A stretch of DNA of 63,731 bases, counting the filler, from Choristocarpus tenellus KU-1152 (lineage: Eukaryota > Protista > Phaeophyceae), in assembly GCA_964200185.2 (NCBI GenBank). It is 10 parts of 10 records of this genome, joined end to end, with 100 filler letters (N's around TTAATTAATTAA, not from the genome) between each part and the next. Parts side by side here need not be neighbours in the genome. Positions count along the whole stretch, not along the records: positions 18,551 to 27,306 come from CAXNAD020004363.1; positions 27,407 to 32,060 come from CAXNAD020013616.1; positions 32,161 to 39,336 come from CAXNAD020006578.1; 7 more parts are not named here. One strand, written 5' to 3'. Numbering within the stretch: the first letter of the stretch is position 1; the number at the start of each line of letters is the position of its first letter. Shown in pieces: positions 25,321-38,407 of this stretch. Both the position numbers and the translations under genes were made by a program. Under the pieces are notes generated by a model. The model searched no databases. It saw only the letters and a list, made by a program, of their open reading frames with translations, and was not told the DNA's origin.

Positions 25321-27306
25321 TTGAATCAATGTGAAGAAATTGATGGTGCATCCTCAACCCTAGAGATTGATGTCGGTGTATCCCCTCCTCGCAAGTCAAT
25401 GGCATGTCCTATTCCTGCCACTACTCCCATCTGTGGCCAGTCCCTACCAGATATCCGTCTGGGAACCAATGTCATTACGACTGCCGGAGCTCCTCCAGCC
25501 ATCATCAACTCCCCCTTCATCCCAGTACCAGTCACAACTGCAGCACAAGCCTCCCCTCGTGCAGATTGCACAGATGGATTAGATGGCGACAGTGAAGATA
25601 CCACTAAGCGAAACAGAGGTACTGAGTCCAGCTGCTCAAGAGCAGCCTCCCCAGAAGTATTGTCTGCTGGGGCTGCAGCGGTGCAAGCATTAATATTTGG
25701 GGAGGGGCAGAGGAATGCTAAACCCAGTTGCCTGATGCCCACCTCATCAAATGCAGTAGTTCCGGGAACTTTGGCAGCACAGGCGCTAATAATGGGGGAT
25801 GAGGGGAACTCGACTACCTCACTTGTCGCAGCAGAAGCAGCAACTTGGTGGGGTGGAGCTGTGGCTGGACCAGCTGGAACTGTGGGTGGGACCAGCTTCG
25901 GTCTTAGAACTGGCACTGGTCAAGTATCAGCTGGGGACTTGAAAGTTGACAGTGAGGAAGGGATTTCATCTTCGAGGAATCAGAGTTCATTGCCATTATT
26001 GAAGGAGGTTTCAAGGGTATCACCAATTCCGACGGAGGCATCTTTGGTAGACCCTTCAGATCCTCGAGAAGTTTCCGTGCAAGGTTCCCTTGGTGACACG
26101 AATGAGATGTCTTGTGCCCTAGATCAGGCGGCGGAGGCACTGCCAAGCAAGACAGTGCAAGACAAGCAAGTAATGGTGATGCCTCGTTTGCGGGGAAGTG
26201 AGGGGCAGGTGGAAGCTGTTGTCCAGGTTGAAGAGGGTGGTGTTGGGAATAAGGACAGGGAGGCTCCAGGAAGCTTTGCCTTGGGCATCTCCGAGTGCAG
26301 TCATGATGTTGATGCAGCCCCAAAGATGGTGCATATGGTGTCTACTTCAACAGCCCCAGCGATGACTGCGTTGGGATCAGCCGCCACCATAGGAATGGTA
26401 CCTACTGTGAAGGATAGAATTTCACCTGCTTTACCAATACCTCCAGCGGTGAGTACCCCAACAGTTACGGTTTCGACCTCAGTGACATCGACGGAGCAGG
26501 ACTTGACTGCTACTTTAGGACAGATGAGAATCCTTAGGTTGATGAGTGCAATGAACTTACCATCTCTAGCAGTGCAGGGGTGCTGGCCGGGTTCAGGCGT
26601 TCCCAGTCATCCCCAGGTGACTTCCATGCCCACACCTAGGGCTCTGGTGACTGCTCTAGGCCCTGACAGGATACTGACAACCTTGAAGGTAACTCCAAGG
26701 GTGACTCCTTACAAGAGAGATCATCACGCAGCAAGGCTGGTGTTTACTGCCAAGGGCAGTCCAGCCCGTCTTCCCTGTAGGGTAACTGCAGCAGCTGCGG
26801 CGGCAGGGTTCTCTACCCTTGGTGGGCGTCGGGGTGTTACAATGGGTGTGTCAGGTGTGCCAGGAGAGAAGACCGTATCATGGACTCCAGGACCTGGACC
26901 AGGACGAGAACTGCACAGTCCTAGTTTGTCAGAACCTCAGACACTGGTGCCACAGCAGCGCCTGGGGTGCGCTCCAGCATTGGGAGCAGAGTGCCCATTG
27001 GGACAGAGGTCTGGGGAAGGAACGGGGCTGGGGATGCTGGAGCTGAACTCAGGTTTGAAGTCGAGGGAGGAGGTGTTGGCCAGCCATGGGCAAGGGCAGG
27101 GTGAAGAACCCAGTCCGAGGGCGATGCGACCTGAGTCGAGCAGGGTGAGGGGGGGGGAAGGACCAGGAGGAGAGCTAGGCAGTGCTGCTGATGATCCTGC
27201 AGGTCCTGTGTTGGAGAAGCTGGCACAGGGTGGGTCTAAGCGGTTGACGACTGTGTCGAAGATTCAAGTAAGGGTGGCAGTGGGTGGCGGGGGGGGGGCA
27301 GGGGCA
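25321..27306 (+). CDS. Hypothetical S/P/A/G-rich protein, large exon truncated by spacer
   Basis: About 660 stop-free codons on the plus strand while all minus frames are interrupted. A pyrimidine-rich acceptor ends ...cgtcag at 25320. No recognisable domain. Confidence 0.55.
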
Positions 27307-27406
27307 NNNNNNNNNNNNNNNNNNNNNNNNNNNNNNNNNNNNNNNNNNNNTTAATTAATTAANNNNNNNNNNNNNNNNNNNNNNNNNNNNNNNNNNNNNN
27401 NNNNNN

Positions 27407-27600
27407 GTGAGAGGTTGCCTGTACCTCTGTAAAGGTGACGTCCATCAGAAGACCTTTGTCCCTGTAGGGAGCTGTTCCAGGGTCTGCTAGTGGCCCTGTG
27501 TGGAATACTAGATCCATGCGGAGATTCCAGTCCACAGTGAAAGGGCTACCATCCTCCATAGTGCAAGGGATGCCCATCCCCTTGCATAGTTGGTGGGATC
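27407..27600 (-). mobile_element. Non-LTR retrotransposon fragment, CRE-like restriction-like endonuclease region
   Basis: NLRMDLVFHTGPLADPGTAPYRDKGLLMDVTFTEVQA resembles the 'R.D.....L.DVT' RLE core of CRE/R2-type elements. Confidence 0.55.
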
Positions 27601-27808
27601 CTTCCCTACCTCCTCAATCTGGGGGAGAGGAATAAGGTAAGTGCGTTTTGAGGTGGAGTCACCATGGTGATGGGGAAGGAGAGGTTTGATGGATTATTGG
27701 GGATGCCTCCCTAGCTTCTCACCATGGGTTGGAGGAATAGGTAGATTGGAGGCACAGGAAGGCAGTGGTAAAACATAGTAGTGAAATAACACTACTACTT
27801 TGTTATTA

Positions 27809-29972
27809 GAGTTGGTGTACTTATATAAGAGAGGTCGATATTAGAGAAAACGGGATATAAGAGGGGATAAATTGCGCTATCACGACTTTTCAGGGTATAA
27901 GAGAGGTTTGGGTATTTTCCTCCCAATTCTCTCTTAAATCGATCAAACTTCCATATTTTTCGGTACTTGATCGAGGGGTTTCCCAAAAAGCCATGTCTAA
28001 AGTTAAGCAAAATATAACAAATTAAGACACAAACCTGCTCGACACCAGGAGTACAGAGGATAACAGTCTTTTGTCTCTCAGTGCTGCACAGTAGATTACA
28101 TACAGTGTATCAGGTCAAGGGTTAGACGACTGCATTGTACCGATACAACGATGCCCTGCGTAGCAGGATCCAGCTGCAACATACAGGGTAATACTCCTGG
28201 TCCACGACCCTATACATGCCATAAGTGTCGTGTTGTAGCGGCTATCTTCAATGCATTTGCAGCGTCGCGGATCCTTTTGGTGCCAGCGAAATGAAACGCG
28301 TGTGCAAATTGTGCGTGAGCCCCATCAAACGCAAGGCTTCGAGTCCTCCAGCCAGTGATATCACAACGTCAAAGCGCCAAGATAACAAGAACAAGGGCAA
28401 GGGGAAGGTGCTACCAAATAAATCTACAGAGAAAGACACGTCCTTCAAGCCTCGTGGTGCCAACAATCGTAAACGCTTGAACTTTGCAGAGAAGGTGGAA
28501 GCATTGAAAATCCTGACGACCATGACAGGAACTGCGGTTACTCAAAAGTTTGGAATCGGTCACAGCACCCTCTACAAGTTGAAGGAGGCAAGAGTCATCA
28601 TGGAGAAAGCACAGACGCTAAGGTCTGACACCAAGTCTATGAGGGATGCCAAACATACCGACATGCGTCAGCGTGTGGATTGAAATTCTGAAAGTAGGTT
28701 GATTGTGATCGTGATTGAATTGTCTTTATGCACTGTTTGCAGATGAGGATCATAATTGAATTTTTTGAAATTTTGCGCTCGTTTCTGTCGTACTTTAATG
28801 TCTGTACTGTGTACTGTAGTGTCATAGGTGACCATTTTCTTCCATAGAGGTAACGTCCCACACAAGGTGTCCCTATATATTAATGAGGATCTCTCTAATG
28901 CTCTTGATGCTCTGCCCCTCAAACCCGGCAGAAAGTCGTCTCAGGCTTCCATAAACACTGCAAGAGCGTGGATCGGTGTGAAAGACAACAATGAATTGGT
29001 TAATGCGACACTAGAGGAGATGAAAGACCAGCTGCTCGAGGAATCCTTGTACCAGTCAGACAGTGAAAGCTCGAGTGATGAGGATGATGATGGGTTTATG
29101 GAAGGGGGCAGCGCATCAAGGGCTGCGAGGAAAGGAGCAGCCTCTTCGGTGTTCTCAACTCCACCACCGTACTCTCATGTAGCTGACGACAATTTTGCAA
29201 GCTTAGAAACAACCATCGAAGAGTGCAGCATGAACGATGTTTCGTACCATCTCCAGAAAGCAAAGTTGGCTTGGCTCCACGCAATCAGGGCAAGGGCAAT
29301 CAAATAAGCAGCCACATTCGAGATTTTTTTGGCAGTCGCGATTTGTTTATTAGCGAATAAGTTCTTTACTCAGTGCATCCAATGGGAGGCGCATGGCGGT
29401 GCAGCTACATTTGATCCATGGTGGTATTTTTGATACTGTACTGTATAATATCCTTGTAGAGTACAATTGAATGCATAGGGCAGGGTATTGGACGGAGACT
29501 GGCTTTGAGCGTTGATTTAATTTGAACTGCGAATCGTCTGTCCTTGAGAAAGTGTACTATACACATGAGTGAATACATCGTAATGAGTGTAATTTTACCC
29601 AAGTTATACAGTAGTACTGTATAAACATGAGACTGGTATAGTGTGGAGGGGTGGTGTAGATGTGGTGCTTGCTGCACCACCATAGCTCCACCAAAATGGG
29701 CTTACCGAGGGCAATGTTCAATACGTATCTAGATGTAACTACTCTTGAAGGCACATGGAAAACACATACAGCAAGGGCGTCGCTCTGTCGTCGTTCGGGG
29801 ATAAGTATAAAGTGCCTACGACCACTTTTTTGCTCGATATAAAATAGGTGTCTCTTTTCACGATCCCTCAGTTTAAGAGAAAAACGCTCTTATATATTTT
29901 AAGAGAGGATCGGGATATAAGAGAGGTGTTTTTTGGTTGCCCCTACCCTCTCTTATATACGTACACAAACTG
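27809..29972 (+). mobile_element. Internally deleted pogo/Tigger-like DNA transposon with both TIRs and TA TSD
   Basis: Left end TA|GAGTTGGTGTACTTATATAAGAGAGG versus right end CCTCTCTTATATACGTACACAAACTG|TA (3 mismatches). It encodes a Cys-rich N-terminus (ATG 28151), a psq/CENP-B-type HTH (RKRLNFAEKVEALK...KFGIGHSTLYKLK) and an acidic C-terminus. No DDE domain is present. Confidence 0.85.
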
Positions 29973-29974
29973 TA

Positions 29975-30985
29975 GTGGGTATACCGATATAAGAAAAGGT
30001 CAATTCCTTTTCACAACTTTTCAGGCTATAAGAGAGGTTTCGGCGTTTTCCTCCCAATTCTCTCTTATATTGAGCAAACCTGTTTTTTTCACTACTTGAC
30101 CAAAAAGGTTTCTCAAAAAGTCTAAAGTTAAGCAAAGTAAAACAAAGTATTCTCGAGACCAGGAGTACACAGGATAGCAGTCTTTTGTCTCTCAGTATTG
30201 TGCAGTAGTACAGTACATGCAGTATATCACATCAAGTTCAGACGACTGCATTGTACAGATACAACGATGCCCTGCGCAGCGGGATCCAGTTGCAACATAC
30301 AGGGCAATACTCCTGGTCCATCACACTACACATGCCATAGGTGTGGCGTTTGTAGCGGCTATCTTCATGACATTTGCGGCGTCGTGGATCCTTTTGACAG
30401 CGAAATGAAATGCGTGTGCAAGTTGTGTGTGAGCCCCACCAAGCGCAAGGCTTCGAGTCCTCCAGCCGGTGACAAGAAGGCGTCGAAGCTCCACAAGAAC
30501 AAGGGCAAGGGAAATCTGCTGCAAATAAATCTACGGAGAAAGTAGCATCCTACAAGCCTCACGGTGCCAACAATCGTAAATGCTTGAGCTTTGCAGAGAA
30601 GGTGTAAACGTTGACACTCCTGAAGACCATGATGGGAACTACGGTTGCTCAAAAGTTTGGAATCGGTCACAGCACCCTCTACAAGATGAAGGAGGAGACA
30701 ACAATTATGGAGAAAGCGCAGACGCTGAAGTCTGACACCAAGTCTATATAAGGGGTGCCAAATATGTCGAGGTTTGTCAGCGCATGGATTGAAGGTCTGA
30801 AAGTAGGTTGATCGTGATTGTGATTGAATTGTCTTTATGCACTGTGTGCTGATGAGGATCATGATTGTATTATTGAAATTTTGCGCTCGTTTCTGTCATA
30901 CTGAAATGTCTATACTGTGTGTACTATAGTATCGCGGGTGGCAATTTTGCTTGTAGAGCTAAGTCCCACACGGTGTCCATATGGG
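29975..30985 (+). mobile_element. Second, truncated copy of the same pogo-like element in tandem
   Basis: Colinear with 27850-28875 (ATG 30267). It carries a frameshift and stop in the HTH region and lacks the left TIR tip and the right half. Confidence 0.85.
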
Positions 30986-31769
30986 ATTAATCTATAAGGA
31001 CACCTTGTACAAGGTGTCGCAAGGTGCAAAAGGGCCACCCATGATGTACCTCCTACGTTTCAAAAGGGCAGTTCCTGTTTAGTCTGTCAAGTGCTCTCCA
31101 TACGCTGGGTGTAAAACATAAACGTGTTGTGCTGTATAGTTGGTGTGTGGTATCCTAAAGTTACCTCATAATTACGCCGTACAGTACTGAACCGTGCAGT
31201 CTGCTGCAGTAGTACAGCATAGTAGTCCAGTAATGTACTGTACTGCATCCAATCTTGTCGTATGACAATGATGTAAAGAACGATATAGTACAGTCAGTAC
31301 CTGTACAGTATTGAAATTTTTAAGGGGTTGAGATGACGTTCCTAAGCTCGACGATCCACAACCCAAGGGTGGAACATTATAATCCAGACGGTTAAGAATT
31401 TCCCTCAGTTGTTCTGTACGCATTTGCCGCTTAATGCACCCTGTATCAACGCACCCTGTATTATGGTATATCATTAAACCCAGGCCTCTTGAACAGGGAC
31501 GTGTTCAAATTTTTGACTGATCCTATGACCATGGTCTGAGAGTGTTGTTTATGTAGATAATAAAAGCCTAGAACACGACTCGTAGCTATACTCGTAGTGT
31601 CAGCTGTTCTGGACAAAATGTATAGCTACCTCCATACGCCGACTACTCATGAACATACCAAAGAATGCTCTGATGAACTGCTGATGTTAAGCATATATTC
31701 CAAAATCACATCGCTAAGTTTTGATTTGGGTCCCTCTGCCAAATTTTTGTACATCTTTGACTCGTGTCA

Positions 31770-32040
31770 TAGTCCGATATGAAAGGTGGAACACCAAGCG
31801 AAGCGAGGTGTCCACCCGTACAATTCTAATTTTCACCGTGCAGCACTGTATCTGCAAGTGGTTCCTGCCAAGACTCAACAAAATTAAGCAGTTTTGTATC
31901 GCCCATCTTCCAGCCAATATCATGCTCACCTGCCGTCCCATAGGTGGACGACAGAGTCTTGGAACTATTTCAAGTGGCAAGAGCCGCAAGACTACCTGTT
32001 GTTCGATTAGACTCTTCCAACTCTATCAGACAGTTACGGT
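31770..32040 (+). mobile_element. Possible third pogo-type transposase fragment (CENP-B HTH start)
   Basis: After ...cccatag the frame reads VDDRVLELFQVARAARLPV, similar to the start of CENP-B-type HTH domains. Confidence 0.35.
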
Positions 32041-35000
32041 AAATTATTTATGGAGTAATGNNNNNNNNNNNNNNNNNNNNNNNNNNNNNNNNNNNNNNNN
32101 NNNNTTAATTAATTAANNNNNNNNNNNNNNNNNNNNNNNNNNNNNNNNNNNNNNNNNNNNCCCCCATAAAAAATAGACGATAACCTGCGTCGACCGTTCC
32201 ACGGTGGGGGGGGGGGGGGGTCCATGAGGACAGGTATGGTTCGAGGGGAGCTTTGCTGACTACGAGCAAGACCTGCGGCAGCGCACAGGCGGTGGAGAGC
32301 CCAAGCGTCCCAAGTTCCGTCCACTTCCATCGCTCTAGAGAGGGTGCTGTTTGGTCACGGAATTTGGACGCTTCTTTTTGTTGATGCCCTTGAAGTGTTT
32401 TCTGTGCATGCCCACGCTTAGCCACAAGCGCGCTTGCTGCACAGGTGGTATGTACGTTAGGGGGTGGTATATTCCAGGTCTTCTTACTGTCTTGTGTTGA
32501 AGGTGGAGAGCACTCTTTTGGATGGGGGGTGCCCTGGGTGATGTCGAGAGCGGTGTGGTCGCTTGTGATTTAGCATTTTTATTCATGTAGTGCTGTGACT
32601 AGATGTTTCTAGTGTTTGGATGGGAGCCGCATTCCTGGTATTCTTGTTCGGCAACTTGTCATGCGCCTTCCACCTTTAAGGAAATGATGCTGTGGAGGAG
32701 GCCGAGAGGCTGCTCATCATTGGACTCTTGTTTGCACTGATTCTTTCAATAGCTTCCCTCCCTTGTTGATTGGATTGAAGGAGGCGAGAGATTAGGATTG
32801 GGCACTCGGGGGGGGGGGGGGGGGGCGTGTGGACACTCTCTTCTAAGTAAAGAGACAACAGTAGTTCTTGATTCCGCCATCCGACTACTGGAAGGTTTCC
32901 ATGTGCCACCCACCAGGCTTAGGAGATTAGTGCGTTGGAGGTGGTTTAGGGTTAGGGTTTGATGTTGATCTCTCGCGAATCCAGTCCGAATTGCAGCCCT
33001 GGCAAAGTGATTGTTTTTCATGTTGGATAGTCTCGCCATTGTGTACACAATGAAATATCGTCGAAGTGTACGCTTCCACCTCAAGGGTATCAAACGTTCA
33101 CCAACTTTTGACGCCTGCGTGGTCTTCATCAGAGAGTCCGTGAGCTGGACCTCAGGTCTCCTTTATTTCGTTTCCATCTTACAGTGTTACTCTTTCTCTT
33201 TCATCATACTCCACAACATGTGGGAGGGCACACCCAGCAGACAGATCCTCACAGTTAACAGGCCCACCAATCCCTCTCATGGCTCAGCCCCTGGCACTAC
33301 TGCCATAGGCACTGGGTTCATGGCATGGACCACACCTCTTTGGTGGCTGACTGCTTCAAACAGATCATACTATGGACTGAACAAAGAACAGTCTGGGCTT
33401 TTGTCACAGAGGCACAACAGCAGGGGTGGGTGTGGGTGTAGCTGGTATATCACCACGATGGTCTAGGTGATGCGCTTTTCCTAGCCTAGAGCGTGTATTG
33501 CCTCTTCTTGCTGTTTGACACACCCAACCACCATGGTGAGAAGTGCGAGCTATCCATATTTGTGCACCCTTCCTGTGCATTCATCACCATGCACGGTGGG
33601 GGGAACCATATCATTTCATCAATGTGCGTTAGGTGTACATGGAACTGGAGACACGACCATGAAGATGTTTTGCTCTGTGAAACTACTCAGAAAAGTAACA
33701 TCTTCTGTGCAGGATACCTGCAGTATCAGTGTTAGTCCTGATCGCGAGGAATTTTAGATAGACGGTGTGATTGCATTGGTCGTTCATGTATTTTTCGTGT
33801 TGGCACCTGCAGCAAAAACAAGCAAAAAATTAGAGATAAATCTCCCACAGTACCTGCTATGTACGTACGTAACTAGGAATGTATGTACGTAACTACGGTG
33901 CACTATACTCGAGAGTATTGCAGCAGTTACACCGTAAACGCCACGAACACGTACGAAACTAGATTTTACATCAAATAATGATTAAATATACATAAATTTT
34001 TCATTTTATTTCTCTGGAATAGTACTAGTAGTTATTATTACTACATGCGGACAAGTTAACATATGCAACTATCACCCCCCCCCCCCCCTCCCCCCCTTCC
34101 CTTTCACCTCTGTCCACTAACTCTTTTTTGTTATGTTATATTTTTGAGTGAGGAGGTGCTTGCCTCAGAATGTGGTTTGCTTTGATGCTGTCTGGCGTAA
34201 TCCTGGTGCTTGAAATGATTATATTGCTAATTTTGAGCTCCCTGTAGTCGATTCCGACGCGAAACTTCCTGTCAGCTATATGAATACACCGTACACATTT
34301 TTGGCTCAATCTTCCATGTTTACAGAAGATGCAGGTTCATCCCACCCCTTCCACACGGGCATCACTCATCCTTCCTACACAGACACAGCCCCTTACTAAT
34401 TAGGTGGAGCTGGAGGACCTTGGCTGGTGGAGCTTCTCCCCCTTTCCCCAAGGGACTAGTCCAAGTGAATTTCCTTCTTCTGGTGCTGGTCGAGCACTGG
34501 CTGCTTTCTTTGTGGAATGTATCTTTCCTCGCTGACCGCACACTAGCGGGTACCTAAACACAACTCTTCTGGAGTGAAGCGGTGACATTATGTTGAATGA
34601 GAACATACAACAAGTCCTTTTTTTGTGATATAGCATAACGTATGTCGTTGAAAAGTCAACATACGTTACGTGTTTTGGACGACAATTTTACAACGAGCAT
34701 AGTGCTGTAGCAGTGTTTTGTACGTTTTTGGACTGGAGTGTCTTACGTGTAATATAGTGTTATGTACGTGTTTTGTGTATAACATAGTCTTGCGTGTTAC
34801 GTTGTCAAAGGTGTGTAAACTTCAGTATTCATATTCCAACTCCCTATACAATCATCTTGTAACACACCAGATTCAAACACCATCCACGTATCACAGACAG
34901 ATTAGTCTGTCTTGACATCTTGTACTAATAGAGGGGGCATCGTGGTGATTTTGTCTGGTGCGTGGCTTTGTCTCCCAAAGTACACATGATGTGCATATTC

Positions 35001-35280
35001 AGAGCGCAAGGTCTACTCCGTGCTGGGCATTTGATGTTCTTTAGGTTAAAGCGTCACTTTGTGGGATTGATGCCCCAATCGATAACGTTAGTGGGACAGG
35101 AAGTTGAGATGCTTGCTCCATAGCCATCAACCTATTCGCATAGCCAGTTTCAAAGCTCAGACTCACGCAGGCCGCCCTTCTCTCACATCTCTTCTTCCTA
35201 TCAACACTCTCAAATAGTTTTCTCGCATCCAACCCTTTTGCTCAGTCCGAACCTGACAACGTTAAATACAACCAGGTTCG

Positions 35281-38200
35281 ATGTGCGAGCCAGGGCCATT
35301 CCCGCCGGATGCGCTGGCTAGAGTCCGCTCGCTTCCCGGAAACAGGTGCAGAATTGAAACTTTTCATTAGATGGTTGGCGCAACCTCCAAATAGTATTTT
35401 CTTGGAACCCTTTTGCAATGGAATTAACCCTCGAGATAATTTGGACACTCTTTCTGCTGTATCTCGATTGAGAATCTACAAGTCTGTTGACCTTAGGAAT
35501 CACTGGAGTATGTGCTTTGGGATAGTCTTTATTCACAAAGCTCATCATCACCTGATCCAAAGTTTTGTTGCACAGGATGATTATCCAATGTCTCGATGCA
35601 TCAAGACAATGCCATCTCTCCTAAACCGACGCTCCTCCAACAATACCCCGCCCTATCAGCTTGTGCATGGACTGTGGCCAACCCGACATGGACTGGGGAT
35701 GCCCCACATATGGTGTGCTGCTGTGCGTCAAATGTGCGGGTAGGCATCGCAGCCTGGGCACTCACATCACGATCATAAAGTCGGTGAGGAAGGGTGTTTA
35801 GCTTGAATTTCTTGTGCGCTCCTAACCTTAGATTGTTGCCACCAATCTCGATGAATGGACAATCCATGCCCGAGAAACCCTTGCGTCCATGACCACCTTT
35901 GGGGTTAAAATGGTGCATCATTTTCTCATTTATGCTCTGACCTTATTGCGCTGCCCTTGATATAGACAGACAGCACAGAAAGACCTCGAAATTCTTCTCA
36001 CCCTGATGACCCTTTAGCTAACAAAATTGTTTTACCTCTGAGTATGCCTACTCCGTTTACTCCCTCTTGTAAGCCTGCACCTAGGTCATACCCCAGGGGT
36101 TAGTGCCAGCATTCTTTTATCGTCAGAGCTTCACAGTTGTAACAAGAACCACATTTGGGTATATACTGCAGTCAGTGGAATACACCATCTTGCGGGTGGA
36201 GAGAGATGGTGCATGGAGTAGTAATTTCCAAAAAACCAGTCCCAGTAAGGACATTAAAAAAGTATCTACAACACACCCAATCCTGCTGGACGATACATGC
36301 TTATGTAGATTATTCCACAGAGCTTGTTGCACCTCAGAAAGTAACGCCAGAAACTACGTGATTAAAGGGAGTCGGAAAAGGGCAAGTGTTTTCCCATATT
36401 GCCCTCTGAATCATCTGCAGGGCACATAGTTAGTATGTCACACTGTGATACTGTGATACTACTCATGTTAAGGCCCTTCAATTGATGTCTAAAGATTCAT
36501 TCATCCTTGTGCATCTTGAGTCGGACAACAGTCCCTGTACTGAAACTCAGGGTGACAATTGCAACATAGCAAGAATAGCCACTGCCACCACCACCCCACT
36601 CCCTGTATCCCCTCACCCCCTTCTTGGGACAAACTTATTGTTGACACAAGGTGAGAATGGACCGCTGGGACGCAGCACAAGTGAAGAGAATGGAACTAGG
36701 GGGCAATGCACAGCTGCAGGGGTGGTTTGAGCGGTGTTGCACGCAGAACAGCGTTGTCGAGATGAAGTACAGGACAAAGGCTGCCACGTTATACCGGTGA
36801 GTGATGCGTATTTCTATGTACATAGAAATGTGTACCAAGAGCTGGAAAACATTTCCTGAGGGTTTCGTGGACAAGATGAAGGATGGCAAGTTTCTAACAG
36901 CTATTGTTTTGCGTTTTGTGTCCACAATGTATCGATAAAGTTTTGCTTGCTTGAACTGGTTCTCGCTATAGAGTGATTCGGTGTTGCCTAGCTGAGATGT
37001 TGTACTTTGAAATCAATGCCAACAGTGTAGTACTTTTGGCGTACAGCTTTGCCTATCGATTGGTGTTGGCCTGGGCGAGTTCAGGTCTTGGTAGTTAGTT
37101 TGATGCTATGGAGGAGTAAAATGTAAGCGATAGTCAGTACTTCAGTACTTCAAAGAACACCACGTGGTCCAGAGTGATTGGTGCTTTTAGATAGCTTGTG
37201 AACAGAGAAGAGTTGTGGAGCTTTAGGCTGTAGTGAGAGTCGTCATCCCAGCAACCAATGGAGGTGAGGTGTTGGTGGTAAGATGAGTGATGGCAGTCTA
37301 ATAAACGTTTTGCTGATGAAATCTGCTTTTGAAATGCACTGCTCTCCAACACTAAACCTTCTACTGTAGTATGTGTGGGTTGTAAAACGGCTCTATTGAG
37401 ATATATTGCTGTCCATATCTTTAAAAAAGTTCGTGGAAAATATGGTACAAGAATCAAGATTCAATAATCGGGGTTTTAGCAATCGTTTGGTGGTTGGGAT
37501 TGTCCAGGCAAGGGGAGGGTAGGTAGCTATGAAGGGGTGCGGAGTGGAGGGTGGAAATGTACCACCAGGAAGAACTAGTGTACTCACGACACCACTATCA
37601 ACACGTGCATATGAAACCTTCATGTGTGTGCAAAGGTGGAGGTGGATTCTAAAATTGTAGGCTGTGAGGGTTCTTCTCCATCCTTACAGGTTGTTGAGGC
37701 TGGTGGGATAACCTACACCCCCAAAAGATACATTTGTCGGGAGTAGGTTGTAAAGTGTTTGATAGATTGATATCGTTTAACCTCAGCTTTTGTGTAACAA
37801 CTCTTTGTCAATTGCTTGTTTATAGAATGATTCTGGTGACGCAGCTTGCGCTCTCTCTGGTGATCGTGTTTTGAAACCTCAATGCCGTAATTTTTGTTCA
37901 ACTTACATTTTTTTTTGTTATTACCTTTACTGACGCTACCGCCTACCCTCTGGTCGTGTTGTGGAGCCTCAGGCTGTCAGTAGCAGTTGGGTGTAGATAC
38001 TATACTCTGTCAATAGTGCTTGGAAGTACACTTTAATGTAAGGTTTAATGCATACTTCGATGTATTGACAAGAGCGATTGGATGTTCCCCTTGCTGTAGT
38101 CTCTCATGGTCATGTGCTCGCGTGTCCTCATATTCCCTATACACACACACCCTCACCTGCCGCCTGATTCACTCTCAAAGATAGACCCAAATCCAAACCT

Positions 38201-38407
38201 CAACCCGTCTGTTGCACCACAGCTCACATCCCCCGCCCCCACAACACCCAACCTCCCGCCCCAAACATGTCCACTGATATTAGGGAAAAGTTGCATGAGG
38301 CGGCGGAGGAGGAGCTTGGGAAAGGGAAGATGGACCCATTGGGGTTGTCCTCAGCAAGGGCTGGAATGCTAGCTGCTGCCAGATCTGCAGAGGAGAAATC
38401 TCGAAGG
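35281..38407 (+). CDS. ADP-ribosylation factor GTPase-activating protein (ArfGAP), partial
   Basis: Exons 35276/35281-35345, 35660-35783, 36651-36796 and 38284-38407, phases consistent. Product: SLPGNSLCMDC-x16-CVKCAGRHRSLGTHITIIKSVRMDRW...MELGGN...KYRTKAATLYREKL, the canonical CxxC-x16-CxxC-x4-R zinc finger. Confidence 0.92.
36830..37500 (-). mobile_element. Highly decayed LINE RT remnant in an ArfGAP intron
   Basis: TFLKIWTAIYLNRA followed by a decayed QxGFR-like segment and a WDDD (YADD-like) motif. Many stops. Confidence 0.4.

Noticed and set aside
33250-35920. Decayed MULE/SWIM transposase on the minus strand
   Set aside because: The suggestive motifs were weak, and the main one is simply the antisense of the ArfGAP zinc-finger exon.
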